From assembly GCA_041648455.1 (NCBI GenBank), contig JBAZOZ010000002.1, positions 1,531 to 65,530 of the forward strand: a stretch of DNA of 64,000 nucleotides, in the 5' to 3' direction. The translations under genes and the position numbers were made by a program. A model generated the notes under the pieces. The model did not search any database and was not told the DNA's origin. It saw nothing but the letters and a program-made list of their open reading frames with translations. Of this stretch, positions 1 through 8,948 are shown one piece after another. The first letter of the stretch is position 1. Each line of letters begins with the position of its first letter. Source of the DNA: Candidatus Pacearchaeota archaeon. GTDB lineage: Archaea > Nanobdellota > Nanobdellia > Pacearchaeales > GW2011-AR1.

Positions 1-1173
1 TGTTCTTTCATCTACTCTTGTTGGTGGTGGTCCGGAAAATCTATCGTGAATCTTTACAAGAGAAGGCAATTTATCGACAATGTTAACTCTTTCTACAGAT
101 TTTTGCGCGTTTATAATTAAAGATACTTTTAATGCAAACTCTCCACCCTTTGTTCTGACAAAATTGACTTTTTTCTTTAACACTAAATCTGTTGTAGAAA
201 TTCTTTTTACCACTAAAACTATAACTACAATAAAGATAATAATCAGCAAGGGGAAAAGCCAATTTGTTTTTACTTTTATAATCAGCGTCTCGCCGGGTTT
301 TATCGCGTTTTCCCAAGTATAGGAAACTGTCATGCCTTTTCTTTCCACAATATCTGGTTCTGGGCTAAAACTTGTGAAAAGCCTAGAGATAATATTCTTC
401 TTAATTTGTGTTTCTGATTTTTGTATAACATTTCCTTCATTTTTCTTTTCAATTATTTTTGTTGTTACGACCCAGCCATATTCTCTTTTTGTTGTTACAG
501 CAATATCTTTCTCGACGAAATTTATATCCCCATTAATTTCCGTATTTATTTCACCAACATTTATTTCACCTTTTAAAGTATAATATCCAGCGACTAACTG
601 CTTGAAATCTTCCTTGTTCAAATTTATATCAAACTCTTTTTTTTCATACGAAGATAAGGAAAATGATTTTTCGAGCTTAAAGAACGGCGAAGAAATTTTT
701 GCGTTGATTTTTTCAAAATTAAAATTCTTTCTATTCTTGATAAATATTTTTATAGAATTTGATTCGGGGTTTATGTCGTCGGCGCCGATTTCAAAAGCAT
801 CCTTTAAATTAATTATTTCAAAAGTTAATTTTTCTTCTTGGTCTTGAGAGTCATGTCCTTTAATGAAATATTGAAGAGTGTAATATCCTAAGTAATTTGA
901 AAGATCTCTCGGATAAACTTTGAATTTTATTTCTTTTGTTTCTCCTGATTTTATTTGAATCGGTTCTTTTGGAAACATATCAAATCCGAAAAGATTGTAA
1001 AATGTAAATTCGTCCGTTGCTCCTGCATTATATATTTTTAAATCGAAACTCGCTGGCTCATTTAAATCGCTAATCATAATCTCGTCTTGTGAAGTTTTTT
1101 CTATTTTAACATTGACTGCTAAAATGGAAGGCAAGAATAACAAAATTAATACAAGTAAATATAATTTTCTCAT
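1..1173 (-). CDS. Secreted/membrane protein, 3'-truncated by window edge (N-terminal signal peptide MRKLYLLVLILLFLPSILA, internal TM segment)
   Basis: Hand translation of the minus strand from ATG at 1173 gives an uninterrupted frame through position 1 (about 391 aa). The ORF track omits it because there is no stop inside the window. Plus-strand track ORFs 80..322, 332..583 and 602..847 overlap it and look spurious. Confidence 0.6.
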   Translation of the reverse strand, partial: MRKLYLLVLILLFLPSILAVNVKIEKTSQDEIMISDLNEPASFDLKIYNAGATDEFTFYNLFGFDMFPKEPIQIKSGETKEIKFKVYPRDLSNYLGYYTLQYFIKGHDSQDQEEKLTFEIINLKDAFEIGADDINPESNSIKIFIKNRKNFNFEKINAKISSPFFKLEKSFSLSSYEKKEFDINLNKEDFKQLVAGYYTLKGEINVGEINTEINGDINFVEKDIAVTTKREYGWVVTTKIIEKKNEGNVIQKSETQIKKNIISRLFTSFSPEPDIVERKGMTVSYTWENAIKPGETLIIKVKTNWLFPLLIIIFIVVIVLVVKRISTTDLVLKKKVNFVRTKGGEFALKVSLIINAQKSVERVNIVDKLPSLVKIHDRFSGPPPTRVDERT

Positions 1174-1174
1174 T

Positions 1175-1275
1175 TTAAAAATTTCCTATTTTGAAAAGGC
1201 AAAAAACTTCCTGTTTTTCTTACTTTCAAAATTTCCTGCTTTGTAAGTGGTGAAAAACTTCCTGTTTTTCTCATG
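1175..1275 (-). repeat. AGGAA-core AT-rich tandem module array directly upstream of the start codon at 1173 (member of dispersed family)
   Basis: Reverse complement reads ...aaaacaggaagtttttcacc...gcaggaaattttgaaagtaagaaaaacaggaagttttttgcc...aaaataggaaatttttaaaATG. The same unit types are seen upstream of at least 12 other genes. Confidence 0.7.
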
Positions 1276-1317
1276 TTAGAATTATATTATCTCTATTTAA
1301 AAACTTTATTATATAAA

Positions 1318-1821
1318 TTATCTCTTTCCTTCTAAATCTAAATAAGCCTTTGCTTGGCCGAGAAATTCGTCGCAGCCGCCAATTATTTTGTCTTCCATCT
1401 GATCTACTCTGCTTGGAATGACCCATTTTTCATAAATACTTCTTAAAAATTTGTTGAACGCGTTTGTTTCGAATTTTCCTTTGTAATCTCTCGTCAGAGT
1501 TCCCTTGATTGAAATTTCTACTGAACCCTTGTTGGTGTTTACTTTTTTTCCACCCTCGGTTATTTCAACTTTTGTCAATCCGAGAATTTTGAAAGTTATC
1601 TTTGCATCAAACTTAAAATAATCTGTGATTTTTCTGAATCCAGTCCACATAATATCAATATTTTTCGAATCTCCTAGAATTTTTTCAACATATTTATCTT
1701 CATTCATTAAAAGAAGTGTCTCTTCAGTAAGCCAGTCATAACAGAATTTGTAAAAATCCGCGAAGTTAAAAACTCCATTATATTTTACCTTGCTTGAAAA
1801 TACTATGTCTTTTTCAGCCAT
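1318..1821 (-). CDS. Hypothetical protein (168 aa); start taken at MAEKD
   Basis: ORF 1318..1863 in track. The first 14 codons lie inside the conserved hairpin element, so ATG at 1821 (MAEKDIVF) is preferred. Confidence 0.45.
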   Translation of the reverse strand: MAEKDIVFSSKVKYNGVFNFADFYKFCYDWLTEETLLLMNEDKYVEKILGDSKNIDIMWTGFRKITDYFKFDAKITFKILGLTKVEITEGGKKVNTNKGSVEISIKGTLTRDYKGKFETNAFNKFLRSIYEKWVIPSRVDQMEDKIIGGCDEFLGQAKAYLDLEGKR

Positions 1822-2090
1822 TAAAAGAAACCCGCTGGTTTCTTTTGAACTTCCTCGAAACACTGAACGGTGGTATCTCTCTTTGCCTCCGAGGATACCA
1901 CGAAAAAGAAACTAAATTTATTTTGAATCTCCTCGAAATGCTGAACGGTGGTATCTCTCTTTGCCTCCGAGGATACCACGAAAAAGAAACTAAATTTATT
2001 TTGAATCTCCTCGAAATGCTGAACGGTGGCATCTTTATTAGCCTCCGAGGATACCACGAAAAAGAAACCATTGGTAAAATACCTCTGGTG
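1822..2090 (+). repeat. Conserved hairpin (AAAAGAAACCCGCTGGTTTCTTTT, 1822..1848) followed by three tandem copies of a 78-nt unit (period starts at 1853, 1931, 2009)
   Basis: Direct read: cctcgaaa(c/t)(a/g)ctgaacggtggtatctctctttgcctccgaggataccacgaaaaagaaactaaatttattttgaatct occurs three times, the third copy degenerate. 78 is a multiple of 3, so three ORF-track entries (1794..2102, 1814..2071, 1821..2138) are repeat artefacts. Confidence 0.85.
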
Positions 2091-2183
2091 AAAATCGTGT
2101 AAAAGAAACCCGTTATTTAATTCAATTAAATTTATCATTTTCCCCGTTTATATAATAAAAAAAGATTGTTTAAATATTTATTG

Positions 2184-2750
2184 TTAGAGAGAATTCCTGC
2201 AGTTTTCGCAGATTAACATTCCATTAAATCTGTACAAAAAATCGGTGTTTCCGCATTCTTCACAAATTCCTTCTATTATTCTTTCTTTTGCTTTTTTTAT
2301 TCTTTTTAATTTCTCAGATTCCTCTCTGATTTTTGAAAGTTCTTCTATTTCAGGGTAAATTTCTGGATTGAAGGTAAGTATATCTTTTATAGTTATAATT
2401 CCGACGAGCTCTCCTTCTTGAATTACCGGCAGTTTTTCAAATTTCAATTTTTTCATTTTGTTCAGTGCGTCATTGATTGTTGCATCCGGCCGGATTATTG
2501 CTATTTTTTTTGGAGAAATGTCACTCGCTTTTATTTTTGACAAATCTTCTTTTGATTTTTTAATAAGCGCCCATAGAATATCTTTTTGAGCAAGGAATCC
2601 GACAAGCTTCTTTTTTCTGGTTTTGTCGACGAGAAGAAGGCTACCAACTTTCTTTTTAATCATGGTTTTTGCGCAATCCAGAAGATTTGTGTCCGGACTC
2701 ACTATTATGGGATATTGAGTCATGACATCTGATACAAGGATGTTTTTCAT
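2184..2750 (-). CDS. CBS-domain pair protein with C-terminal CxxC...CxxC zinc ribbon
   Basis: Two CBS-like segments (VSDVMTQYPIIVSPDT...; IIRPDATINDALNKM...) and C-terminal CEECGNTDF...CENCRNS. Confidence 0.65.
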   Translation of the reverse strand: MKNILVSDVMTQYPIIVSPDTNLLDCAKTMIKKKVGSLLLVDKTRKKKLVGFLAQKDILWALIKKSKEDLSKIKASDISPKKIAIIRPDATINDALNKMKKLKFEKLPVIQEGELVGIITIKDILTFNPEIYPEIEELSKIREESEKLKRIKKAKERIIEGICEECGNTDFLYRFNGMLICENCRNSL

Positions 2751-3043
2751 CTTAGTTGATATTCTAAGGTATAAATTCCTTATAAAAGTTATTCAACACT
2801 GAATAGTTACTTTAAAGGACGACAATGTTTAAAAGAGGTCTTGCTCGACTTTGTCGAGAGATGAGTTGCTCAAATTTCTACTCACGACTTCGCACGAGTT
2901 ATTAATATTTCACATTTCTCTCTACCACAAAATCGTTCGACTTTATCAGGAATTTTCGTTGATAAAATTGTTAATCAAAAAATTCGGCATATATCTTTTA
3001 TATTTTATCTTATTTTCATCACAATAATCTTTAAATAGAAATT

Positions 3044-4666
3044 TTGAGAATTGATTTCATGACAGATAGACCAGTTGTTCTAATGCCGGAAGATATTCAA
3101 AGAATTATGGGAAAGGATGCGCAGAGAAATAATATTCTCGCTGCGAAGATGGTTGCTGAAATTGTAAAAACAACGCTCGGTCCGAAGGGAATGGATAAAA
3201 TGCTTGTTTCTCCGACGGGCGAGATTATTGTTACCAATGATGGCGTTACAATTTTGGAAGAAATGCAGATTGAACATCCCGCTGCAAAAATGATGGTTGA
3301 AATTGCGAGAACACAGGAAAGCGAAGTTGGCGACGGGACTACTACTGCGGTGATGATTGCAGGCAAACTTTTGGAAAACGCGGAAAAACTTTTAGATAAA
3401 AAAATTCATCCAACAATAATCACCAAAGGCTACAGAATTGCTGCTGAAAAATGCCAGGAAATTTTGAAAGATATTTCTTTGAGAATTACTGCGGATGATG
3501 AAGAAGTTTTGAAACAGATTGCGATGACGGCCATGACTGGAAAAGGCGCTGAAGATTCTCGGGAAAAATTTGCAGAAATTGTTGTTAAGGCTGTAAAGCA
3601 AATTGAAAATAACGGGCGGATTGATTTGAGGGATATTAAAATAGAAAAAGCAAAAGGAGACGGAATCAGCGACACAGAATTAATTTCTGGAATTGTTCTT
3701 GACAAAGAAAAAGTTTCATCTGAAATGCCTTCAATTATTCGGGCAGCAAGAATCGCTTTGATTGACTTTCCGTTGGAAATTAAAAATCCAGAGATTGACA
3801 CGAAAATTTCTATTTCTTCCCCCGAGCAATTGCAGAGTTTTTTGAATCAAGAAGAAACCACTATTAAAAACATGATTGAAAAAGTAAGGGAATCCGACGC
3901 GAATGTTGTTTTTTGCCAGAAAGGAATTGATGATTTTGCACAATATCTTTTAGCTAAGGTTGGAATTTATGCCTGCAGAAGAGTCGCTAAATCAGATATG
4001 GAAAAAATTGCAAAAGCGACACGCGGAAAAATTGTCAGTAATTTAAGTGAGTTGAGTTCTTTTGAATTAGGCGACGCTGAAGTTGTTGAAGAAGTAAAAC
4101 ATGGCGAAGATGTTTTAACTTACATTCGAGGATGCAAGAATCCAAAAGCTCTGACAATTTTAATTCACGGCGGGAGCGAACATGTTATCGACGAGATTAA
4201 ACGAGCGTTGATGGATGGATTAGGAGATGTTTCGTCTTCTTTGAAATCTGGGCTTGTTGTTCCTGGGGGAGGTGCGATTGAAATGGAACTTTCCAAAAGA
4301 TTGAGAGAGTTTTCTCAAGGGCTTAGTGGAAGAGAGCAGTTGGCTGTCGAGGAATTTGCTTCTGCTTTGGAATTTATTCCTGCAACTTTAGCTGAAAATG
4401 CCGGCATTGACCCAATTGATGTGCTTACTGAATTAAAATCTCGGCATGATTCTGGAGAAAAAAATGCAGGATTAAATTTATTTACAAATAAAGTTGAAAA
4501 TGTTTTGGAGGCGAGAATTATTGAGCCGTATAAAATTAAGAGCCAGGCAATTAATTCAGCGTCGGAAGTTGCAATTATGATTTTAAGAATTGATGATGTT
4601 ATTGCTTCGACTGGGAAAAAGAAAGGAATGAATTCTGCCGGAGGAATGCCGTCGATGGATTATTAA
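3044..4666 (+). CDS. ths: Thermosome subunit (group II chaperonin, Cpn60/TCP-1 family)
   Basis: 540 aa with [35 protein letters not shown] and VPGGGA motifs. Alternative start MTDRP at 3059. Confidence 0.9.
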   Translation: MRIDFMTDRPVVLMPEDIQRIMGKDAQRNNILAAKMVAEIVKTTLGPKGMDKMLVSPTGEIIVTNDGVTILEEMQIEHPAAKMMVEIARTQESEVGDGTTTAVMIAGKLLENAEKLLDKKIHPTIITKGYRIAAEKCQEILKDISLRITADDEEVLKQIAMTAMTGKGAEDSREKFAEIVVKAVKQIENNGRIDLRDIKIEKAKGDGISDTELISGIVLDKEKVSSEMPSIIRAARIALIDFPLEIKNPEIDTKISISSPEQLQSFLNQEETTIKNMIEKVRESDANVVFCQKGIDDFAQYLLAKVGIYACRRVAKSDMEKIAKATRGKIVSNLSELSSFELGDAEVVEEVKHGEDVLTYIRGCKNPKALTILIHGGSEHVIDEIKRALMDGLGDVSSSLKSGLVVPGGGAIEMELSKRLREFSQGLSGREQLAVEEFASALEFIPATLAENAGIDPIDVLTELKSRHDSGEKNAGLNLFTNKVENVLEARIIEPYKIKSQAINSASEVAIMILRIDDVIASTGKKKGMNSAGGMPSMDY

Positions 4667-4667
4667 A

Positions 4668-4862
4668 ATGAATACAATTGATAAAAAATTAAAAAATTTA
4701 GGAAGACGGGGAAAAAATTTAAAAGAAATTGAAGAGGAGATAGAATTAATAAAAAAAGAATATCCGTTAAAATCAAGTGAATGTGTGTTACCGCATGAAG
4801 ATTATAAATTTTCTAAGTTATTTTCATCATTACCAATTGATATACTCAATGATTTTTATTAA
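4668..4862 (+). CDS. Small hypothetical ORF (64 aa) immediately after the thermosome stop
   Basis: ORF track only; no recognisable motif. Confidence 0.25.
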   Translation: MNTIDKKLKNLGRRGKNLKEIEEEIELIKKEYPLKSSECVLPHEDYKFSKLFSSLPIDILNDFY

Positions 4863-5001
4863 ATTAATAAAATGCGCGAGTGATTTAGAGATAAATTATT
4901 ATTTTAATAAAGTAAATAATCCCCAAACCACCATAAAAACAATTATTGCTATTGCGATCATCTTGATTATTTCTAATATGTTATCAACTGAAGATGATTT
5001 T

Positions 5002-5286
5002 TTAGCCATGTTCTATTTTGTACAACCTCTTTTCTATATTTATTAATCTATCCTGCATTTTAAACTTTTCTTCTATTTTTCTTTCAATCTTTTCCTCAAC
5101 TGATGAATCAATTTCTGAAAATTTAGCTAAAATTATCCATACAATTAAAATTATTAGTATCGCTATGAGAAAGATTAGAGAATAGATTATTAGAAAAAAT
5201 ATTGAATCTGTTGTCTTTTGTATAAGAGAAATAAATATACCGCCAATTAATCCGATTAAGATACCAATTATTTCTGTAATTCTCAT
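5002..5286 (-). CDS. Small membrane protein (two TM helices, coiled C-terminus)
   Basis: Hydrophobic N-terminal half (ILIGLIGGIFISL...LIFLIAILIILIVWIIL). Confidence 0.4.
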   Translation of the reverse strand: MRITEIIGILIGLIGGIFISLIQKTTDSIFFLIIYSLIFLIAILIILIVWIILAKFSEIDSSVEEKIERKIEEKFKMQDRLINIEKRLYKIEHG

Positions 5287-5354
5287 TAATTAATTTAATT
5301 TTTTTATCTCTTAAATATTGTTGTGATTAATAAGGATTTTTATAAGGATTATAT

Positions 5355-5480
5355 CTGCATCTTGGAGTTGTCAAGAACCCTCGGAATAAATCCCAGGGCG
5401 TGTCTCGGGTTCTTGAACACCCCAAAAATTGTTTTTGCTTTCTCACGAATTAAAACAGGGAGTTTTACGCAAAAAACAAT
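5355..5480 (+). repeat. About 125-nt structured element, copy 1 (inverted copy at 40852..40977); candidate ncRNA or MITE-like element
   Basis: gtcaagaaccctcggaataaatcccagggcgtgtctcgggttcttgaacaccccaaaaattgtttttgctttctcacgaattaaaacagggagttttacgcaaaaaacaatttttgctg. It has a 9-bp stem CAAGAACCC/GGGTTCTTG and a roughly 16-bp stem CAAAAATTGTTTTTGC/GCAAAAAACAATTTTTG. The second copy carries compensatory substitutions. Confidence 0.7.
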
Positions 5481-5681
5481 TTTTGCTGTATTAATAAATA
5501 TTAAATTAAGAAACATCATCCATCCAAGATAATAAATTACACCTTTTTTGTTCATGAAAAAATAAAGAAAAGTTAATAAAAATTAGTATAGTGCAATTAA
5601 AAGACATTATTAATTTCCAATCCTATCTTTTGATATATTCGAGAAAACGAAATAGCAGATAGGAATTATTTTGATCTCTTA

Positions 5682-5990
5682 TTATAAATATTCTATTAAT
5701 TTATATATTTCATAACCAGCTCCTACGATACCGATAAGTAATGATAAACAACCTGTTGTTGCTTTACTATTTTTATTAACATTTGAAACGCAACTACAAT
5801 GGTCTTCACAATTACAGGTGTCCGCACATCTACAAACAATACAATCCTTATACTTATCATCGCTATTACACGGTGAAAATGTCTTATCCGAATTTAAATT
5901 TCTCTCTTTATTAAATTCATAAATTCCATTGATTTCTTGCTTTCCTAAAACTTCTCCATTCAAATCTTCTAATCTAAATTTATCTGTCAT
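5682..5990 (-). CDS. Cys-rich RiPP precursor-like peptide C (102 aa from MTDKF). Conserved leader plus a Cys-rich core (10 Cys) plus a C-terminal hydrophobic tail
   Basis: MTDKFRLEDLNGEVLGKQEINGIYEFNKERNLNSDKTFSPC...CIVCRCADTCNCEDHCSCV...TTGCLSLLIGIVGAGYEIYKLIEYL. The track ORF starts at a TTG at 6008; ATG at 5990 is preferred. Confidence 0.7.
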   Translation of the reverse strand: MTDKFRLEDLNGEVLGKQEINGIYEFNKERNLNSDKTFSPCNSDDKYKDCIVCRCADTCNCEDHCSCVSNVNKNSKATTGCLSLLIGIVGAGYEIYKLIEYL

Positions 5991-6004
5991 TTTATTTCTC
6001 GTTA

Positions 6005-6298
6005 TCAATATCTTATTAATTTATATATTTCATAACCAGCTCCTACGATTCCGCCAAGCAATAACAAACAACCAGTCGGTGATTTATGGTTTTGACTTTT
6101 ATTAACTCCATGATCTTCACAAACACAAGTATCTGCGCATCTACAAACAATCGGACAAGGGTTTTCATTTCTAGTACACGGCGAAAATGTCCTATCATCA
6201 TTTAATTCTCGTCGATTTTTAAACTGATAAACCCCATTAATTTCTTGTTCTCCTAAAACTCCTTCTTCTACATCTTCAAGTCTAAATTTGTTTTCCAT
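6005..6298 (-). CDS. Cys-rich RiPP precursor-like peptide B (97 aa). Same leader, a Cys-rich core (7 Cys) and a C-terminal hydrophobic tail
   Basis: MENKFRLEDVEEGVLGEQEINGVYQFKNRRELNDDRTFSPC...CPIVCRCADTCVCEDHG...TGCLLLLGGIVGAGYEIYKLIRY. Confidence 0.7.
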   Translation of the reverse strand: MENKFRLEDVEEGVLGEQEINGVYQFKNRRELNDDRTFSPCTRNENPCPIVCRCADTCVCEDHGVNKSQNHKSPTGCLLLLGGIVGAGYEIYKLIRY

Positions 6299-6315
6299 TT
6301 ATTTACGAATGGGTT

Positions 6316-6519
6316 TTAAATCGTTGCGCAGCCACAATGCTCTGAACAATAAGGTGAACAAACGTTAGGACAAGTTTTACCAGCACACTCACACATACCG
6401 GTACAGAATGTCCTATCTGAAACTAAGTTTCTTGTCGTTTTAAAATCATAAATTCCATTAATTTCTTGCTCTTCTTCAAATTCTTCACCAATATTATCTA
6501 ATCTAAATTTGTTTCCCAT
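6316..6519 (-). CDS. Cys-rich RiPP precursor-like peptide A (67 aa). Same leader and a 10-Cys core; no tail
   Basis: MGNKFRLDNIGEEFEEEQEINGIYDFKTTRNLVSDRTFCTGMCECAGKTCPNVCSPYCSEHCGCATI. Its start overlaps the maturase stop by 17 nt. Confidence 0.7.
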   Translation of the reverse strand: MGNKFRLDNIGEEFEEEQEINGIYDFKTTRNLVSDRTFCTGMCECAGKTCPNVCSPYCSEHCGCATI

Positions 6520-7876
6520 TTTGACCCCCTTTCAATTTTTGTTTTATTTCGTGAAATAAAATCCCCTGATTTATTGAACATCTTGAATTATTAATTGTGT
6601 CTTCTAAACTTCTTGATTGAGCATAGCCCTTCGCAAGACAATCACCACCACAATTATATTTCGCAAAACAATCTCTACAATTAGGAATATTTTCAACAAC
6701 TCTTCCTTGCAATCTTTTTATTTTTGTATCATCAAACTCAAATTGATTTTTATCAGGATTGTATTGCCCAACAATGAATATTTCAGCCATATCATCATCT
6801 TTTCTAGAGACCTCTAAGCACGTTGTAACTCTCCCTTCAGGAGATACAAGGAAGTTTTTCCCAGCAGCACCGCAAAAAGAATTATGGATTCCTTCTAATT
6901 TAGCTCCAGAATAATAAATCCCGACCTCTAATTTTTCAGCAGTTTGTTTAGCCTCAAGAAGATATTTTAGATAATCTTCTGGAGATGGTGCTCTTGCTTT
7001 TGTTGTTTTGCATCTTCCGCATTCAAACAAAGGCTCTAAATGAAAACTTTTATTTGAAGAAATTGAGTGAAAAAATTCTAAAATCTCAGACATTCTTGGT
7101 ACACTCTCTGCAGTAATTGTTGCCCTTATTCCATAAGGATATTTTTCTTCTTCTAATATTTTTATTGTCTCAACAACATAATCAGAAGAAGGCATAAACC
7201 GGTGGTTTGGTCCTGCCATTGGTCTCTGTGCATCTTGAATGTCTGCAGTACCGTCGAGAGAAATGTTTAATCTGTCAATATTTTTTAAAATCCATTCCAA
7301 ATCTCTATGATTTAAATTATTAAAAACACCGTTTGTTGCGCTTGAAACTCTTCCTTTCAAATTATTTTTTTCTGTCTGCTTATTAAAATATTCCACAGAT
7401 CTTTTTAAGAAATCTATATTTCCTCTTAAAAGAGGTTCTCCTCCCCCATGAAATCCAAGATGAATATCTTTGTTTCCGACTTTTAAACTATTTTTGACTA
7501 CTAAATCAATTGCAGATTTTGCAACATCAAATTCCATAATCTGTCCAACTCTTTCACCACCATGTGAATAACAATAAACACATCTGAGATTACAATTATA
7601 AGTTGGCATAAGTGTAATACTCGTAGGCTCATATTCAGAACCTTCTTTTTTTATATTGCAACTAGATTGAGATTCAACTAAAATTTTAGTCTTGATTAAT
7701 TGTTCTTTTATTTCTGGTTGTAAAGAAGATTCTTCTCCTTTTTTTATTTTTTTCAAAGCACCCACAACTCCCGAGCTCACAGAAACAACAGAACCCTCTA
7801 AAGGAACATAAAGAATAAATTTGTCTTCATCTGGGATAACAAAAAGCTCGTTATTGATTTCCATCTTATTTAACAC
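6503..7876 (-). CDS. Radical SAM / SPASM-domain peptide-modifying enzyme (anSME/sactisynthase-like) with N-terminal RRE/PqqD-like region
   Basis: CNLRCVYC (CX3CX2C) and GGGEPLL. The C-terminal SPASM pattern is FCGAAG...TTC...CRDCFAKYNCGGDC. The first 95 aa (FVIPDEDKFILYVPLEGSVVSV) resemble a peptide-binding RRE. Confidence 0.85.
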   Translation of the reverse strand: MLNKMEINNELFVIPDEDKFILYVPLEGSVVSVSSGVVGALKKIKKGEESSLQPEIKEQLIKTKILVESQSSCNIKKEGSEYEPTSITLMPTYNCNLRCVYCYSHGGERVGQIMEFDVAKSAIDLVVKNSLKVGNKDIHLGFHGGGEPLLRGNIDFLKRSVEYFNKQTEKNNLKGRVSSATNGVFNNLNHRDLEWILKNIDRLNISLDGTADIQDAQRPMAGPNHRFMPSSDYVVETIKILEEEKYPYGIRATITAESVPRMSEILEFFHSISSNKSFHLEPLFECGRCKTTKARAPSPEDYLKYLLEAKQTAEKLEVGIYYSGAKLEGIHNSFCGAAGKNFLVSPEGRVTTCLEVSRKDDDMAEIFIVGQYNPDKNQFEFDDTKIKRLQGRVVENIPNCRDCFAKYNCGGDCLAKGYAQSRSLEDTINNSRCSINQGILFHEIKQKLKGGQNGKQI

Positions 7877-7978
7877 TATTCTTATTTAATTAATATCTAA
7901 ACAAATTTCTTGATAAATAATCTTGGTTGAACAAAAATCAACCAAAAGGTTTAATAATTAAAAACAAAACCATTATTA

Positions 7979-8821
7979 ATGGTAATAGAATTCACTCTTC
8001 CGGAAATGAATACTGATAATAAATCACTCAAAGATTTAATAATTATTATTTTGGCAGATTGCTGGCCATTGACATTAAAAAAGATTCATAATTCATTAAA
8101 GAAAAATTATTCTGTTAATGTTAGCTATCAAGCAGTTCACAAAACAATAAATGAACTGAAAAATAAAAATATCTTAGATAAAAACAGAAAAGAGTATCGG
8201 CTAAATATTGATTGGATTAAAAGTATTGCAGAGTTTGGAGAGAAAATGAAAGATACATACCAAGAAAAGAAACCTTTAACAGACAAAATTCCATCAAGCT
8301 TTACAGTAAAAAACGCTTGGGAATTATATCCATTATTCATAGATCTCTTTAAGAGAGATATTTTTGACAGCAACGGAAGAAGTATTTGTTTCATTGGCAA
8401 TCAAGTATGGAATCCTATGATGGGTTCCGAGAAAGAAATGGAGAGCTATAAAGAATTATCAAAAAAATATAAATTTCTTCTTGCAGTAAGAAGAAACAAT
8501 CTTCTTAATAAGATGTGGAAAACTTATTGGGACAAATTAGGGGTTAAAGTTAAATTAAATTGTAAAATCTGGCCCAATGAGTTAATAGAATTATTTATCG
8601 TAGGTGATTTCTTTATTCAAAAAATTTATCCAAAAGAACTTATTAACCAGGAGAATAAGGTTGGGGAGAAGATTAAGAAAATTTCAGATGTTAATGTAAA
8701 AGAAGTAAATGACCTCTATTTTGAAAGCTATGGAGATATAAACATTATAATCACAAAAAATGTAGAACTGGCCGCATCTTGGAGAAAGAAGGTAGAAGAT
8801 CTATTTAAGCCAATAAAATAA
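7979..8821 (+). CDS. Hypothetical protein with N-terminal winged-helix-like DNA-binding region, divergent from the rSAM operon
   Basis: 280 aa. The N-terminal 80 aa (LTLKKIHNSLKKNYSVNVSYQAVHKTINELKNKNIL) are wHTH-like. Confidence 0.45.
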   Translation: MVIEFTLPEMNTDNKSLKDLIIIILADCWPLTLKKIHNSLKKNYSVNVSYQAVHKTINELKNKNILDKNRKEYRLNIDWIKSIAEFGEKMKDTYQEKKPLTDKIPSSFTVKNAWELYPLFIDLFKRDIFDSNGRSICFIGNQVWNPMMGSEKEMESYKELSKKYKFLLAVRRNNLLNKMWKTYWDKLGVKVKLNCKIWPNELIELFIVGDFFIQKIYPKELINQENKVGEKIKKISDVNVKEVNDLYFESYGDINIIITKNVELAASWRKKVEDLFKPIK

Positions 8822-8948
8822 ATCAAATTTCTTTCTGTGAAATCTTTTTAAAGATTAAATTTACAAATTTGTTTATCGCTCTTAATGGTATCTTGATAGT
8901 GGTAACATTATCAAAACATTTAAATATTGGTTATTATCTAATTTTTAT

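Noticed and set aside
80-847. Plus-strand ORFs 80..322, 332..583 and 602..847
   Set aside because: They are low-complexity (F/I/S-rich) and lie antisense to a continuous 391-codon minus-strand frame with signal peptide that runs off the window.
1794-2138. Three overlapping ORFs (1794..2102 plus, 1814..2071 minus, 1821..2138 minus) with internally repeated peptide sequence
   Set aside because: They are read-through of a 78-nt (26-codon) tandem DNA repeat in three frames. The repeat has RNA-hairpin character, so they are not protein-coding.
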